The translations under genes and the position numbers were made by a program. From a virus (taxonomy: Duplodnaviria > Caudoviricetes): a DNA stretch of 64,000 bases. The stretch is from positions 3,327 to 67,326 of the IMG/VR virus record IMGVR_UViG_3300021256_000102, one strand, 5' to 3'. Shown piece after piece: positions 1 to 9,690 of this stretch; the first letter of the stretch is position 1; each line of letters opens with the position of its first letter. A model generated the notes under the pieces. It saw nothing but the letters and a program-made list of their open reading frames with translations, was not told the origin of the DNA and made no database searches.

Positions 1-3
1 AAA

Positions 4-34
4 TAATGAAGGGTCAGTTTTTGGCCCTTCATTA
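4..34. terminator. Intrinsic terminator hairpin
   Basis: TAATGAAGGG...CCCTTCATTA inverted repeat just downstream of the minus-strand ORF ending at 43. Confidence 0.7.
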
Positions 35-42
35 TTTTTTAT

Positions 43-543
43 TTAAAATGTATTAATATTTCTTAATCCTAAATTAGCATTATCAGCATCTCCATTTTGT
101 CTAATTGAATAATTTAATACTTCTAATTTAGCTCTATTTTTTATACTCTCTAGCATCTCTTCATCCGTTTCAAATGGATATCCTACAGATAGTTTCAATT
201 TAGTACTATCTGTCATCTCCATTATTATTTTTTTCATTATATATTGAATAGCATATTCAATATTTTGTTCATTCATATAATTTTCAGTTTCAGGATCTAT
301 ATTATATACCTGCCATTCTAATAATGCTTGCTGTACTAAATATTCCATTAAAGCTCTAGAATCCTGTACCGAATAATTGCTCTTCTGTATAAATCTGTCC
401 CTGTCCTTGATTATTTCTGAGATCTGGTTGATCAATTTTGGTAAGTGTATTAACCTCATAGAAATTATTATCAATATACCCATCTGACCAATTAACAAGA
501 TTATCATTCCCAATATAATTACTGTGATAATAGTTGTATTCAT
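43..543 (-). CDS. Hypothetical protein with N-terminal hydrophobic (TM) segment
   Basis: 166 aa ORF, GGGGAG SD before ATG 543, hydrophobic first ~30 aa; overlaps upstream ORF by 188 nt. Confidence 0.7.
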   Translation of the reverse strand: MNTTIITVIILGMIILLIGQMGILIIISMRLIHLPKLINQISEIIKDRDRFIQKSNYSVQDSRALMEYLVQQALLEWQVYNIDPETENYMNEQNIEYAIQYIMKKIIMEMTDSTKLKLSVGYPFETDEEMLESIKNRAKLEVLNYSIRQNGDADNANLGLRNINTF

Positions 544-1234
544 TATAATCTCCCCACGATTTTATAGTATTCGAAAGTTGATAATATGGTAAATCATTAA
601 GCTCATTATTTTTTTGACAATTTTCTATATATCTTATCACTTTATATGCAATATCTATAGTTATTCCATATCTATATTTTAACAATAGCATCGGCCAATT
701 TCCGAAGGTTAAACTTATTGGTATATACATCTCTGGATTTGCATGATATAGCTGATGTGCTGTTTCTGATAGCATTACTATAGGAATATGGTTATCTCTA
801 TGCTCTTGTATAAGTAAATTTATAATATCAAAGGTAGTACATCTTCCTACAGTGTTTAATATATGCTGAGATATAAGAATAGTAATATCATATATAGTAA
901 GAAAATTATGATGTATTTCTATATCAGCCATACCATCTTGAATATTACCATTAATTTGACATCTATCTAAACCCATACTCATTAAATATGCTTTATATCC
1001 TTTATATGCTCTAGATTTTCTAAATCTATGAATACAATTATCTATAAATCTTTTATATACTTCTACATCCATTAAAGATTCTCTTGTTTGATAAAATTGT
1101 AAAGGATATTGTGCAGTAGATGAATACATAGTAGCTATTGGAATTCCTGGATTTATAAATTCTTTAGCTAAATAAATATCGATATCATTTTTATCAGCTA
1201 TTTTTGTATCTGATAAATTAGTTAACTCATTCAT
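356..1234 (-). CDS. Hypothetical protein, possible HNH-like fold
   Basis: 292 aa ORF with SD (AGAAGG); DRCQING...IEIHH segment resembles HNH-like folds. Confidence 0.7.
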   Translation of the reverse strand: MNELTNLSDTKIADKNDIDIYLAKEFINPGIPIATMYSSTAQYPLQFYQTRESLMDVEVYKRFIDNCIHRFRKSRAYKGYKAYLMSMGLDRCQINGNIQDGMADIEIHHNFLTIYDITILISQHILNTVGRCTTFDIINLLIQEHRDNHIPIVMLSETAHQLYHANPEMYIPISLTFGNWPMLLLKYRYGITIDIAYKVIRYIENCQKNNELNDLPYYQLSNTIKSWGDYNEYNYYHSNYIGNDNLVNWSDGYIDNNFYEVNTLTKIDQPDLRNNQGQGQIYTEEQLFGTGF

Positions 1235-1338
1235 ATATAATACCTTCTTTTATAATTATTAGAAAGTAAATATTTTCTACTTTTACCACTTCAAAATAAA
1301 GCATTATTGATATATTTTTAATATAGGAGAAAATAAAA

Positions 1339-2061
1339 ATGCCAACTTATAAAACAAAGAATTTTACTGAAAGGGATATTGGTAATATTATTAATCTATA
1401 TGATCTTGGTTATTCTATGGAGCAGATTCAAAATATAACTAATATAGATCTTGATATTATTAAAAAATATCTAGTTATGAAATATGACAGTAAAATTCCT
1501 GTTACAGAAGATGAGATTTGTTATTTTAAAGAAGCATATAAATCTGGAAAAGATCTTACAGATATTTCTCATTCAACAGGTAGAACTATTTCTGTAATTA
1601 GAAATTATATTAAAAATCTTATTGGTAATAGAGAAAGATCTGAAAAGGAAAAGAAAATGCAAGAATTTATAAATCATAAATCATCTATGAATGCTTCTGA
1701 TGTAATTAATATCTATTTAAATAGTGCATATACTATTCATGATATTGCAAAGTATTATAATACATCTGATAATAATATTAAAGAAATTATTAAAAAATGG
1801 GTATATAATAAAATATCTTATGATAGTTTATTTGAAGTTCCTATTGATATAATTAAAGCAAAAATTTTTAGAGATTTTTATTGTAATAAAGGAGATAAAT
1901 ATAGTATTGATATTACTACTCCTAGTGGAGAGCTTAAGAATATTGTTATTACGATAGATGAATTATATCCAAAAGTTATTACTACAGATAATGGAAGTTT
2001 TACATATAGAGATCTTATTCTTAAAGCAAAACTAGTATCTAGAAAGATTAATTATAATTGA
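1339..2061 (+). CDS. DNA-binding protein with three tandem HTH-like repeats
   Basis: Three segments like LYDLGYSMEQIQNITNIDLDIIKKYL / AYKSGKDLTDISHSTGRTISVIRNYI / SAYTIHDIAKYYNTSDNNIKEII; AGGAG SD. Confidence 0.65.
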   Translation: MPTYKTKNFTERDIGNIINLYDLGYSMEQIQNITNIDLDIIKKYLVMKYDSKIPVTEDEICYFKEAYKSGKDLTDISHSTGRTISVIRNYIKNLIGNRERSEKEKKMQEFINHKSSMNASDVINIYLNSAYTIHDIAKYYNTSDNNIKEIIKKWVYNKISYDSLFEVPIDIIKAKIFRDFYCNKGDKYSIDITTPSGELKNIVITIDELYPKVITTDNGSFTYRDLILKAKLVSRKINYN

Positions 2062-2071
2062 CATCTATGTA
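2060..2071 (+). promoter_or_regulatory. Late-type promoter (GACA-N6-TA)
   Basis: GACAtctatgTA 25 nt upstream of ATG 2096; matches AR9 late consensus AACA-N6-TA. Confidence 0.55.
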
Positions 2072-2095
2072 ATAGACCTATTAATGGAGGAATAA

Positions 2096-5000
2096 ATGGA
2101 AAAAGTAACTTTATCCAGTAAAGTATTTACTGAAAATCCATTACTAGATGAAATAGTATTTAATGCTAGACAATTAGCTACTGGAACCATATTAAAAGAT
2201 ATGGATAAAGCTAATAATGCAGAAACATTAGAATCGATACAAGCTGGAGATGTACTTATTGCTATAAAGCATGGATATACTAGATTTGAATATTTTAAAT
2301 ATGATGAAAGTATTCTTAGACAGATATCTGGACTTACAGAAGAAGAGATTACTTATTATGCTCAACATAATGATGAAATTCCAGAAGGAGATATTAGAAC
2401 TCAGCTTTTAAATATAGCAAAAGAATCATTTGAAAATAATTATGTAGAATATAATAATTATTATAGAATGCTTCATGGAGATCCTAATTATGATGAATCT
2501 GGAATCTGGGAAGGGTTATGGATAGATGCTGAATATATTGATGAAGAAACTCCAACATCAATAGATCATATTTCTACTATATATAAAGAAGAGACTGATA
2601 GATATGGAAATGTAATTTCAGATTATCAGCTAATTCATGAATTACCATTATCTAAACAACTTTTACTTGATACAAATGGTACTCTTGAAAATATTGTAGA
2701 AAATGAAGACTGGCTTCTTGCTAATAATCTTAAAAAAGATGATGTATTATATTTACTTCATATGGGAGATAAACAGATTGACTATTATGATGCAAGAGTA
2801 GCAGATAAATTTGCTATGTTATATTGTCCTTCTTGTGACTCTGTAGAAGTAAGAGCTAGATATAAAGATCTTTTAGAAGCTAATAGATTATATCTTCTTT
2901 ATACAGTATATTCTGAAGCATATAAGTATAAATCTGATTATTATGATAATTTTATGATGGTATTTTTGGTAATTCAGACAATTATTGATATGATTGTAGA
3001 ATTACCAGAATATTTGATTAGAAGAGATGTATTTGATACTAGAACTTGTAAATATATTTTTGAGTCTAATGGAGTTAAATATTTTAGAGATATTCCATTA
3101 AGATATCAAATTGCACTTGTAAAAAATCTTAATAAACTAATTAAATTTAAATCTACTGATAAATGCATAGTTGATATTATTTCATTATTTGGATTTAGAA
3201 ATATTAATGCTTTTAAATATTATATTTTAAAAGATAGAAATGTTACAAATCCAGACGACCTTGATTATTATGATAATACAAAAATTGTTACAGATGAAGA
3301 AGGATATAGAGATATAGTTTCAGATAATGATGAAAATTATGATTTAAAATTTATTAAAGTTCCATTATTAGATCCTTTATATGATAATTATGTAAGAAAA
3401 GATCAAAACTTAGTAGAATATGATGAAATTACTAATCCAGATGCATATTGGGTAGGAGATAAACAATATGATACTGTAAAATCTGGAGTTAAAGATCTCG
3501 ATTTTACTATATTAAGATCTAAATATTATACTATAGAAGCCGTAATAGATTTAGCTCAAAGAAATTTTAGCTTAGTTTATTTTATGAATATTCTTATGTA
3601 TAATAAGGTAGATAAATCTTCTCTTAGAATCGATTTACCTAATATTTCAACTACAAAGAAAGTAGAATTAGTAAATGCAATTATTGCACTTTATGCTCTT
3701 GGATATATCTACTATGGTGTAGAAGATACTATTCTTGATAGTAGATCAAAGATAGCAGAAATCCTTGGATTTAATATGGAAGCAGATTTTGCTACAATAG
3801 CAGAATATTTACATGAGCATCATAGAGGGCTTACATTAGATGAGCTTTCATATGGCCATGATGTATTACCAGATGAAAGACTTGGATTTACTATTCCTGA
3901 TGATAATAAAATTTATAGTTTTGAAGAATTAAGAGAAATATTCCTTAATAATAGAAATATCTATAGACATGTATTAGAGGTAATGGCTAATCCTCCTAGT
4001 AAAGAAGTTTATGATGCATATAGATATTTATATAAAACTTTATTTATTATGAATAGAAATATGGAATATTTCCTTGTAGGAGATAATGATATTGTAGATC
4101 AATACAAATCTGATGGATATACTACAAAATTTATTAATATTCCAAGACCAGAGAATTATCAAAATCCAGAAGTATATGAATATGATATGAAATGCTTACT
4201 CTCTACTTGTAACGAAGAAACTTTATATTTTGAAATGAGAGATGATTTTGATAATACTCATAAATTTGATCTTTATATCTTTGATGGGGAAGAATTAGTT
4301 TCACTTAATGAAACTGCTCAGATGGCTACTACATATACAGAATTTATGAGATATAAAGATGCTAATGTATATAGATTCTTAGTTCAAACTGCAGCTATTA
4401 CAGATGAAGATAAGAGACAAGAAACTTGTATAAATGCTATTCAACAAATTATTGGATATATTAAAGATTATGTAGATGAAGATAAGACTGAGGTATATAT
4501 GGATGATGTATTCTCTGGTCTTCCTTCTGTATCATTAGAATTTGTTAAATCTTATATTGAAGAAGTAATTGATTTCTTTAAATCTTTTAAAATATTTACT
4601 CATGAATCTTCCATTATGTATGTAATAGATGATAAATTTGATCAATATATACAATTAATAGATTGGATTCTTATTAAATATTTATTTGATAAAGCTGAAA
4701 TAATTAAAATAGAAGATTACATTGCTAAATCTAATATAGAACTTTCTCATGAAGAAAAGGCTAAGCTTATTGATAAACTCTGGATGAGTATGGATTGGTG
4801 GTTAAAGAAAAACTATTTTGAATATTATGAAAATAATAGAAATGGATTAGAAGATCCTGGAAAGAAACATACCTTTACATATTATTGTCCTCAGTGTGGA
4901 GCTGAGCTTTCTGCTTCAGATACAGTATGTCCAAATTGTGGTATGGAAAATAAAGTTCCTATTACATATGACAATTATTCTCAATTTAATAAAGCAATTA

Positions 5001-5563
5001 GAGATTATGCAGAAAGAGCAAGTACTTTTGAATTAAGTGATGATATATTTAATCCAGATAATCATTATATAAAAGAGCTTGAAATTTATGCAGTAGATGC
5101 AATTTTAAATATGCTAGTTACATTATATGAATTTGATAAAATTGAACCTCATGAAGAAATTGCAGAAATGACTGAAACTAAAGCTCTCAATGAATATATT
5201 AATGAATGGATTACTGATCTTGCAAATATACTTGTTACTATTACGATAGATGATGGAGAAATTTGTTGTACTAAATATTTTTGTCCTCATTGCGGTAAAG
5301 AAGTAGAAGAATCTACTTCAGTTTGTCCTTATTGTGGAGAAATTATTTTTGAACCTGAGATGAGATATCATTATACTACTAGAATTAAAGATGCTATAGA
5401 AAAAATATCAAAGTTAAAGCTTGATTATTCTATTAATTTCAGAGATGGTATAATGGGATCTGCTCAGACAATTAAACTAAATGAGCAGCTTTATAGACCT
5501 ATTGATAATTATTATAGAATAATAACTCAAGAGTTTCCTGCTCATGAATTTATAGATGCATAA
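2096..5563 (+). CDS. Large probable virion (baseplate-region) protein with two double-zinc-ribbon inserts
   Basis: 1155 aa ORF, GGAGG SD, late-type promoter; CPQCG...CPNCG and CPHCG...CPYCG near C-terminus; structural role inferred from context. Confidence 0.55.
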   Translation: MEKVTLSSKVFTENPLLDEIVFNARQLATGTILKDMDKANNAETLESIQAGDVLIAIKHGYTRFEYFKYDESILRQISGLTEEEITYYAQHNDEIPEGDIRTQLLNIAKESFENNYVEYNNYYRMLHGDPNYDESGIWEGLWIDAEYIDEETPTSIDHISTIYKEETDRYGNVISDYQLIHELPLSKQLLLDTNGTLENIVENEDWLLANNLKKDDVLYLLHMGDKQIDYYDARVADKFAMLYCPSCDSVEVRARYKDLLEANRLYLLYTVYSEAYKYKSDYYDNFMMVFLVIQTIIDMIVELPEYLIRRDVFDTRTCKYIFESNGVKYFRDIPLRYQIALVKNLNKLIKFKSTDKCIVDIISLFGFRNINAFKYYILKDRNVTNPDDLDYYDNTKIVTDEEGYRDIVSDNDENYDLKFIKVPLLDPLYDNYVRKDQNLVEYDEITNPDAYWVGDKQYDTVKSGVKDLDFTILRSKYYTIEAVIDLAQRNFSLVYFMNILMYNKVDKSSLRIDLPNISTTKKVELVNAIIALYALGYIYYGVEDTILDSRSKIAEILGFNMEADFATIAEYLHEHHRGLTLDELSYGHDVLPDERLGFTIPDDNKIYSFEELREIFLNNRNIYRHVLEVMANPPSKEVYDAYRYLYKTLFIMNRNMEYFLVGDNDIVDQYKSDGYTTKFINIPRPENYQNPEVYEYDMKCLLSTCNEETLYFEMRDDFDNTHKFDLYIFDGEELVSLNETAQMATTYTEFMRYKDANVYRFLVQTAAITDEDKRQETCINAIQQIIGYIKDYVDEDKTEVYMDDVFSGLPSVSLEFVKSYIEEVIDFFKSFKIFTHESSIMYVIDDKFDQYIQLIDWILIKYLFDKAEIIKIEDYIAKSNIELSHEEKAKLIDKLWMSMDWWLKKNYFEYYENNRNGLEDPGKKHTFTYYCPQCGAELSASDTVCPNCGMENKVPITYDNYSQFNKAIRDYAERASTFELSDDIFNPDNHYIKELEIYAVDAILNMLVTLYEFDKIEPHEEIAEMTETKALNEYINEWITDLANILVTITIDDGEICCTKYFCPHCGKEVEESTSVCPYCGEIIFEPEMRYHYTTRIKDAIEKISKLKLDYSINFRDGIMGSAQTIKLNEQLYRPIDNYYRIITQEFPAHEFIDA

Positions 5564-5577
5564 TATCATATAGGCTG

Positions 5578-5589
5578 AACATCAAATTA
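5578..5589 (+). promoter_or_regulatory. Late-type promoter (AACA-N6-TA)
   Basis: AACAtcaaatTA upstream of ATG 5622. Confidence 0.6.
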
Positions 5590-5621
5590 ATTAGTTAACA
5601 CATTATAGGAGGGTAATTATA

Positions 5622-6440
5622 ATGCCTAATAAAAATATTACATTATTCGATTCTGCAAAGTCGAATGATGATGCAAATTTTAAGAAGACATGGCTTAAAG
5701 GTGAGGTAATCTTCAAAAATATTGATACTGGAGAGCCTATCCTTACTCTTCATAATAAAGTAGTTATTGCAGGTTCTCAGTTTGTGGCTCAGAAAGTATT
5801 TGATCTTGATGAATTAGTTCATCTTCCTACCTATAATGAGTCTCTTGAACTTGAAAATTCTGCAGAAGCTGAAGCTACTCCTATTAATACTCCTAAGGCA
5901 TGCCTTTTCTGTTGTGGAACTCAGGGATGTGGTGCAGAAAACTCTCAGGTTTATCCTGTACAGTATACTAATAGAATTAAGCCATCTGGAGATCTTGTTC
6001 CCTTTAGATATCAATTAATTCAGAATGATCTTTCTGATGCTCTTAGAGAAAAATATTTTGGTAGAAAAACCATTAATGGTGAACGTATTGCTTATTATTT
6101 TAAAGCTTTTGAATCTGATCCTGTAATGTATATGAGATATACAGATGGTACTATTATTGATGCTACTCTGTATGATTCTCAGAATACTTCTGATGCAGAG
6201 ACTTTTGTAGAGTTTATGCTTAGAATTACTAAGGATGATTTTAGAGATTATTTCAGAGCAACTTCCTCTATTAATGATGCAAGAATTAACTCTATTTCTA
6301 TTCTTACTGCATGGTATAATGAAATTTCTGGATATAGATGGTATCAGGGTATTATTCCTCTTACTCAGCTTAATATTCCTAATGAAGCTCTTATTGATCT
6401 TACTAAGGGAATTGATATTACATATCATATCTACTTCTAA
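5622..6440 (+). CDS. Probable virion structural protein
   Basis: 272 aa ORF, AGGAGG SD, late-type promoter, codon usage like sheath/tube genes. Confidence 0.6.
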   Translation: MPNKNITLFDSAKSNDDANFKKTWLKGEVIFKNIDTGEPILTLHNKVVIAGSQFVAQKVFDLDELVHLPTYNESLELENSAEAEATPINTPKACLFCCGTQGCGAENSQVYPVQYTNRIKPSGDLVPFRYQLIQNDLSDALREKYFGRKTINGERIAYYFKAFESDPVMYMRYTDGTIIDATLYDSQNTSDAETFVEFMLRITKDDFRDYFRATSSINDARINSISILTAWYNEISGYRWYQGIIPLTQLNIPNEALIDLTKGIDITYHIYF

Positions 6441-6461
6441 TACTTTGGAGGTGGATAGTAT

Positions 6462-7691
6462 ATGGCTAAAAGGATATCAAAAAAGATTACAGATGGAGAA
6501 TTAAAGAATACTTTAATTAATATTCAAGAAAAGGATATTACATCATCTTTTATCTATGATCTTTTTGGCGAATTTGATGGGGTTGCTAAATGCAACCCCT
6601 ATGATTTAATTGATATTCCTGCTGGTAAATATGGTCCAGAAGGAAAGAAAAATAAAAATACTTTTACTACTACTGTAGGACTTTGGATTTTTAATAAATG
6701 GATGATTGAGCCAGATTTGTTTAATCTATTTGGTTATGTAAATAAGACTATTAATGGTGATCAATTAGATGATATGAATCAAGAATTATCTTATGCATTA
6801 ATGGAAGATAGAATTGAGGTTGATGCTCTAAAAAGATATTTAATGAAAACTCAATTAGCTATGCAATTTGTTACTGTATTAGCTCCTAATTATAATGAAT
6901 CTATTCTTACATTAACCAAAATAGTAGATAAAAGAAAAGAAGAATTAATTAAAAAGTATAAGAAAGAACTTGATGCTGGAGACACAGTTATTGCTGAGCA
7001 GATAGAGAAAGAATTATTAAAATATGCTCTTGATACTCTTAAAGATGATCCAGCATTAGATACTTTCTTATCTGGTGCAAGAAGTAATATTAATAATAAC
7101 TTCAAGAATATGTTTGTATGGAAAGGTGCTACTAGAGATCCTAATCCAGATTCTAAGCAAGAATATAGAATTGCTACCTCTAATTATATGGACGGAATTA
7201 AGAGGGAAGAATATGGGTTATATTCTAACTCTGGTATTGAAGGAGCATATTCTCGTGGTAAAAAAACTGAGCATGGTGGATATCTAGAGAATCTTGCTAC
7301 ATCTGCATTCCAAGATATTATTCTTGATGAACCTGGGACTGATTGTGGTACTGATAGATATATTGAAGATACTATTACCAAAAAGAATCTTAATAGATAT
7401 ATCTATAATAATATAATTGGTCCTAATGGAAAACTTACAGAACTTAATTCTCAAAATGCTGAAAAGTATATGGGAAAGAAGGTAAAGATGAGAATGGCTT
7501 TTCTTTGCCCTCATGAAAAGCCTTGTAATGCTTGTGCTGGTAATTTCTATTATAAATTAGGAATTAAAAATGTAGGACTTACTTTGATGCAAGTATTCTC
7601 TATTTATAAAAATAAATCTATGAAAGCTTTCCATGATAGTACAGTTCAATTAACTGAGATTGATACTATGAAAGCTTTTGGATTGAAGTAA
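6462..7691 (+). CDS. rpoC: Multisubunit RNA polymerase beta' middle fragment (probably virion RNAP, phiKZ gp80-like)
   Basis: Bridge-helix-like EGAYSRGKKTEHGGYLE, DCGT motif, zinc-site CPHEKPCNAC, trigger-loop MKAFH (cf. MRTFH) near the C-terminus. Confidence 0.85.
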   Translation: MAKRISKKITDGELKNTLINIQEKDITSSFIYDLFGEFDGVAKCNPYDLIDIPAGKYGPEGKKNKNTFTTTVGLWIFNKWMIEPDLFNLFGYVNKTINGDQLDDMNQELSYALMEDRIEVDALKRYLMKTQLAMQFVTVLAPNYNESILTLTKIVDKRKEELIKKYKKELDAGDTVIAEQIEKELLKYALDTLKDDPALDTFLSGARSNINNNFKNMFVWKGATRDPNPDSKQEYRIATSNYMDGIKREEYGLYSNSGIEGAYSRGKKTEHGGYLENLATSAFQDIILDEPGTDCGTDRYIEDTITKKNLNRYIYNNIIGPNGKLTELNSQNAEKYMGKKVKMRMAFLCPHEKPCNACAGNFYYKLGIKNVGLTLMQVFSIYKNKSMKAFHDSTVQLTEIDTMKAFGLK

Positions 7692-7693
7692 TT

Positions 7694-8110
7694 ATGGATA
7701 TCCATAAAGATGAAAGTTATTATGATTTAAATAATAATATGACTTTTGTAAGAGGGCATATTAGTCATGAAGTAGATACTGTAAAAAGGATTAATTATCA
7801 TCCAGAGATTTTTCCTTCTATTTACAGTGTTTCAAAAACTGGTCAAATATATTGTATTATGGATGATCAATATCTTAAATGGGATTTCATTGATAAATAT
7901 CCATCTGTAAATTTATTATGTAAAAAAGAAGAAGATGATATTATTTTTCCAAAGAAAAGGTTCTATATTAAAGACTTAGTAGCTTGTAGTTATATAGCTA
8001 ATGCATATGACTATTTAGAGAGAGGTTACAAAGCAGTTAATATAGATGGAGATCCAAAGAATTGTGATTATCATAATATAATATTTATTGATCCTAATAA
8101 AGAATATTAA
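7694..8110 (+). CDS. Degenerate NUMOD4/HNH_3-like protein
   Basis: YSVSKTGQIY...KRFYIKDLVACSYI...VNIDGDPKNCDYHNI mirrors VHRLVA...NHIDG.K.NN..NL but lacks the His residues. Confidence 0.55.
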   Translation: MDIHKDESYYDLNNNMTFVRGHISHEVDTVKRINYHPEIFPSIYSVSKTGQIYCIMDDQYLKWDFIDKYPSVNLLCKKEEDDIIFPKKRFYIKDLVACSYIANAYDYLERGYKAVNIDGDPKNCDYHNIIFIDPNKEY

Positions 8111-8129
8111 AAAATAAAATAAAGCAATA

Positions 8130-8156
8130 CCCAGAGGAGAATTATTCTCCTCTGGG
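8130..8156. terminator. Bidirectional terminator between convergent genes
   Basis: CCCAGAGGAGA-attat-TCTCCTCTGGG. Confidence 0.85.
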
Positions 8157-8162
8157 GTAATT

Positions 8163-8570
8163 TTAATTTTCTGGTAATAATAAATAATTTGGTGGTTCTT
8201 TTGGAAATTTTCTAAATTTATGTCTACATTCTTTAGTAGTTGCTGAACAATTATTTCCACATTCTTCTTCAAATGCTTCAATTAATTTTTTCCATCCACC
8301 ATTATTAAGAATTCTCATAAGAGATTCTTTCATATCTTTTGTTAATTTATTTTTTGTATCTATTACATATTCTGGTTTATACATAGAAATATAATATCCG
8401 AAAATATCATCATCTTCATTGGGTTCATTTATAAATGGAATATAAAAACATTCAATATTATTTGGCATATTATGTATTACAGCATAAGGTGCAATAACAT
8501 TACCATCCCTATATATTATAGATGAATTTGTATCACAATGATATTTTCTTTCATAATGTATATCTATCAT
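8163..8570 (-). CDS. Hypothetical early protein (paralog of 40150..40533)
   Basis: 135 aa; GGWKKLI...PPNYLLL resembles NIWKTII...PPDYSKL. Confidence 0.75.
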   Translation of the reverse strand: MIDIHYERKYHCDTNSSIIYRDGNVIAPYAVIHNMPNNIECFYIPFINEPNEDDDIFGYYISMYKPEYVIDTKNKLTKDMKESLMRILNNGGWKKLIEAFEEECGNNCSATTKECRHKFRKFPKEPPNYLLLPEN

Positions 8571-9026
8571 TCAATTATTCCTCTTTAAATTATTTATAAA
8601 ATCATTAATATCTGGTTTGCTTGCATGTTCAAGATTATATTGATTGGCAGTATCGTATATAAATCTCCAAATTGCATCATATACAGTCATATTAGAATAT
8701 TTCTTATTTGTAGAATTAAGCGATAATGTATTTACAATCCATTTAATAATAGAAGAATTAATTTTAAGTAAAGGTAATCCTTCATGTGAAATTGATTTTC
8801 CAGATAAAAGTTCTATTCTGGCAACTTTTGTTGCTTTTTTAACATCTGAAGCGTTATATAATTTTATATAAGGATTTAATAAAAATCCAGACTCTCTTCC
8901 AAATCCAATATCAATAGTAATACAATATTTATCATTATTATTTTTATAAATAGCATCTTCATTAAATATAAATACTTTATCATTTTCATTAAATCTTTTA
9001 ATAAATTCTTCATTAAAAATAGCCAT
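8571..9026 (-). CDS. Hypothetical early protein (paralog of 40530..40988)
   Basis: 151 aa; NPYIKLYNASDVKKATKVARI...TVYDAI vs DPYIKVYNAMNQNDATEVIRV...TVYDGI. Confidence 0.8.
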   Translation of the reverse strand: MAIFNEEFIKRFNENDKVFIFNEDAIYKNNNDKYCITIDIGFGRESGFLLNPYIKLYNASDVKKATKVARIELLSGKSISHEGLPLLKINSSIIKWIVNTLSLNSTNKKYSNMTVYDAIWRFIYDTANQYNLEHASKPDINDFINNLKRNN

Positions 9027-9059
9027 AATATTTTATTTCCTTTTAATAATACAATATAT

Positions 9060-9078
9060 TTCAAAATTATAATATATA
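9060..9078 (-). promoter_or_regulatory. Early-type promoter TATATTATAA-N3-TGAA
   Basis: Repeated motif, upstream of ATG 9026. Confidence 0.65.
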
Positions 9079-9084
9079 ATTATA

Positions 9085-9690
9085 TTATAATTTATTCTTT
9101 AATTTAAATTCTCTTCCAGTATATATTCTTACTGGATTTCCTCTAATTACATTATTTCCAATTTTCCAAGATTCATTTTCTTGGAATGCTTTATTTTGTT
9201 TTTGCTTTTCATTAAGTAAATAATTTAATTCTTCTAAGCATCTCTTTTTATTCATAAATTGAGATCTCTCATCTTGATTTTCTACTACTATTCCAGTTGG
9301 AATATGTATAATTCTTACTGCAGAATTAGTAGTATTTACACTTTGCCCTCCATTACCAGAAGATCTAAATGTTTCAATTTTTATATCATCCATATTTTTA
9401 TTTATAATTTCTACTTCTGGTATTTCTGATAAAGTAATAAACCAATTTTTTCTTTTATGCCCTTTTCTTATAGGACTTTCACATATCCATTCTATTGTTC
9501 CTACTATATTTCTAATATTTTCATCATCACTTATAAAAGTAATAGAATTGTAGTAATTTGAAAATCTAGAATCTTTCATATCGATTAATCTAATATCTTT
9601 AAATTCTTTATACAGTGATTTATAAAATAAATCTACTGCTAATGTACATTCTGGTGGCGGATTTATCCCTGCTGATATTTTAAATATCAT
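9085..9690 (-). CDS. prfH: Peptide chain release factor homolog PrfH
   Basis: PrfH-type N-terminus [36 protein letters not shown], and catalytic [19 protein letters not shown] (GGQ); abuts rtcB stop codon. Confidence 0.93.
   Translation of the reverse strand: MIFKISAGINPPPECTLAVDLFYKSLYKEFKDIRLIDMKDSRFSNYYNSITFISDDENIRNIVGTIEWICESPIRKGHKRKNWFITLSEIPEVEIINKNMDDIKIETFRSSGNGGQSVNTTNSAVRIIHIPTGIVVENQDERSQFMNKKRCLEELNYLLNEKQKQNKAFQENESWKIGNNVIRGNPVRIYTGREFKLKNKL

Noticed and set aside
9085-9690. Calling this gene RF2 or ArfB
   Set aside because: No SPF codon-recognition motif or large N-terminal domain of RF2; the N-terminus, size and rtcB linkage fit PrfH.
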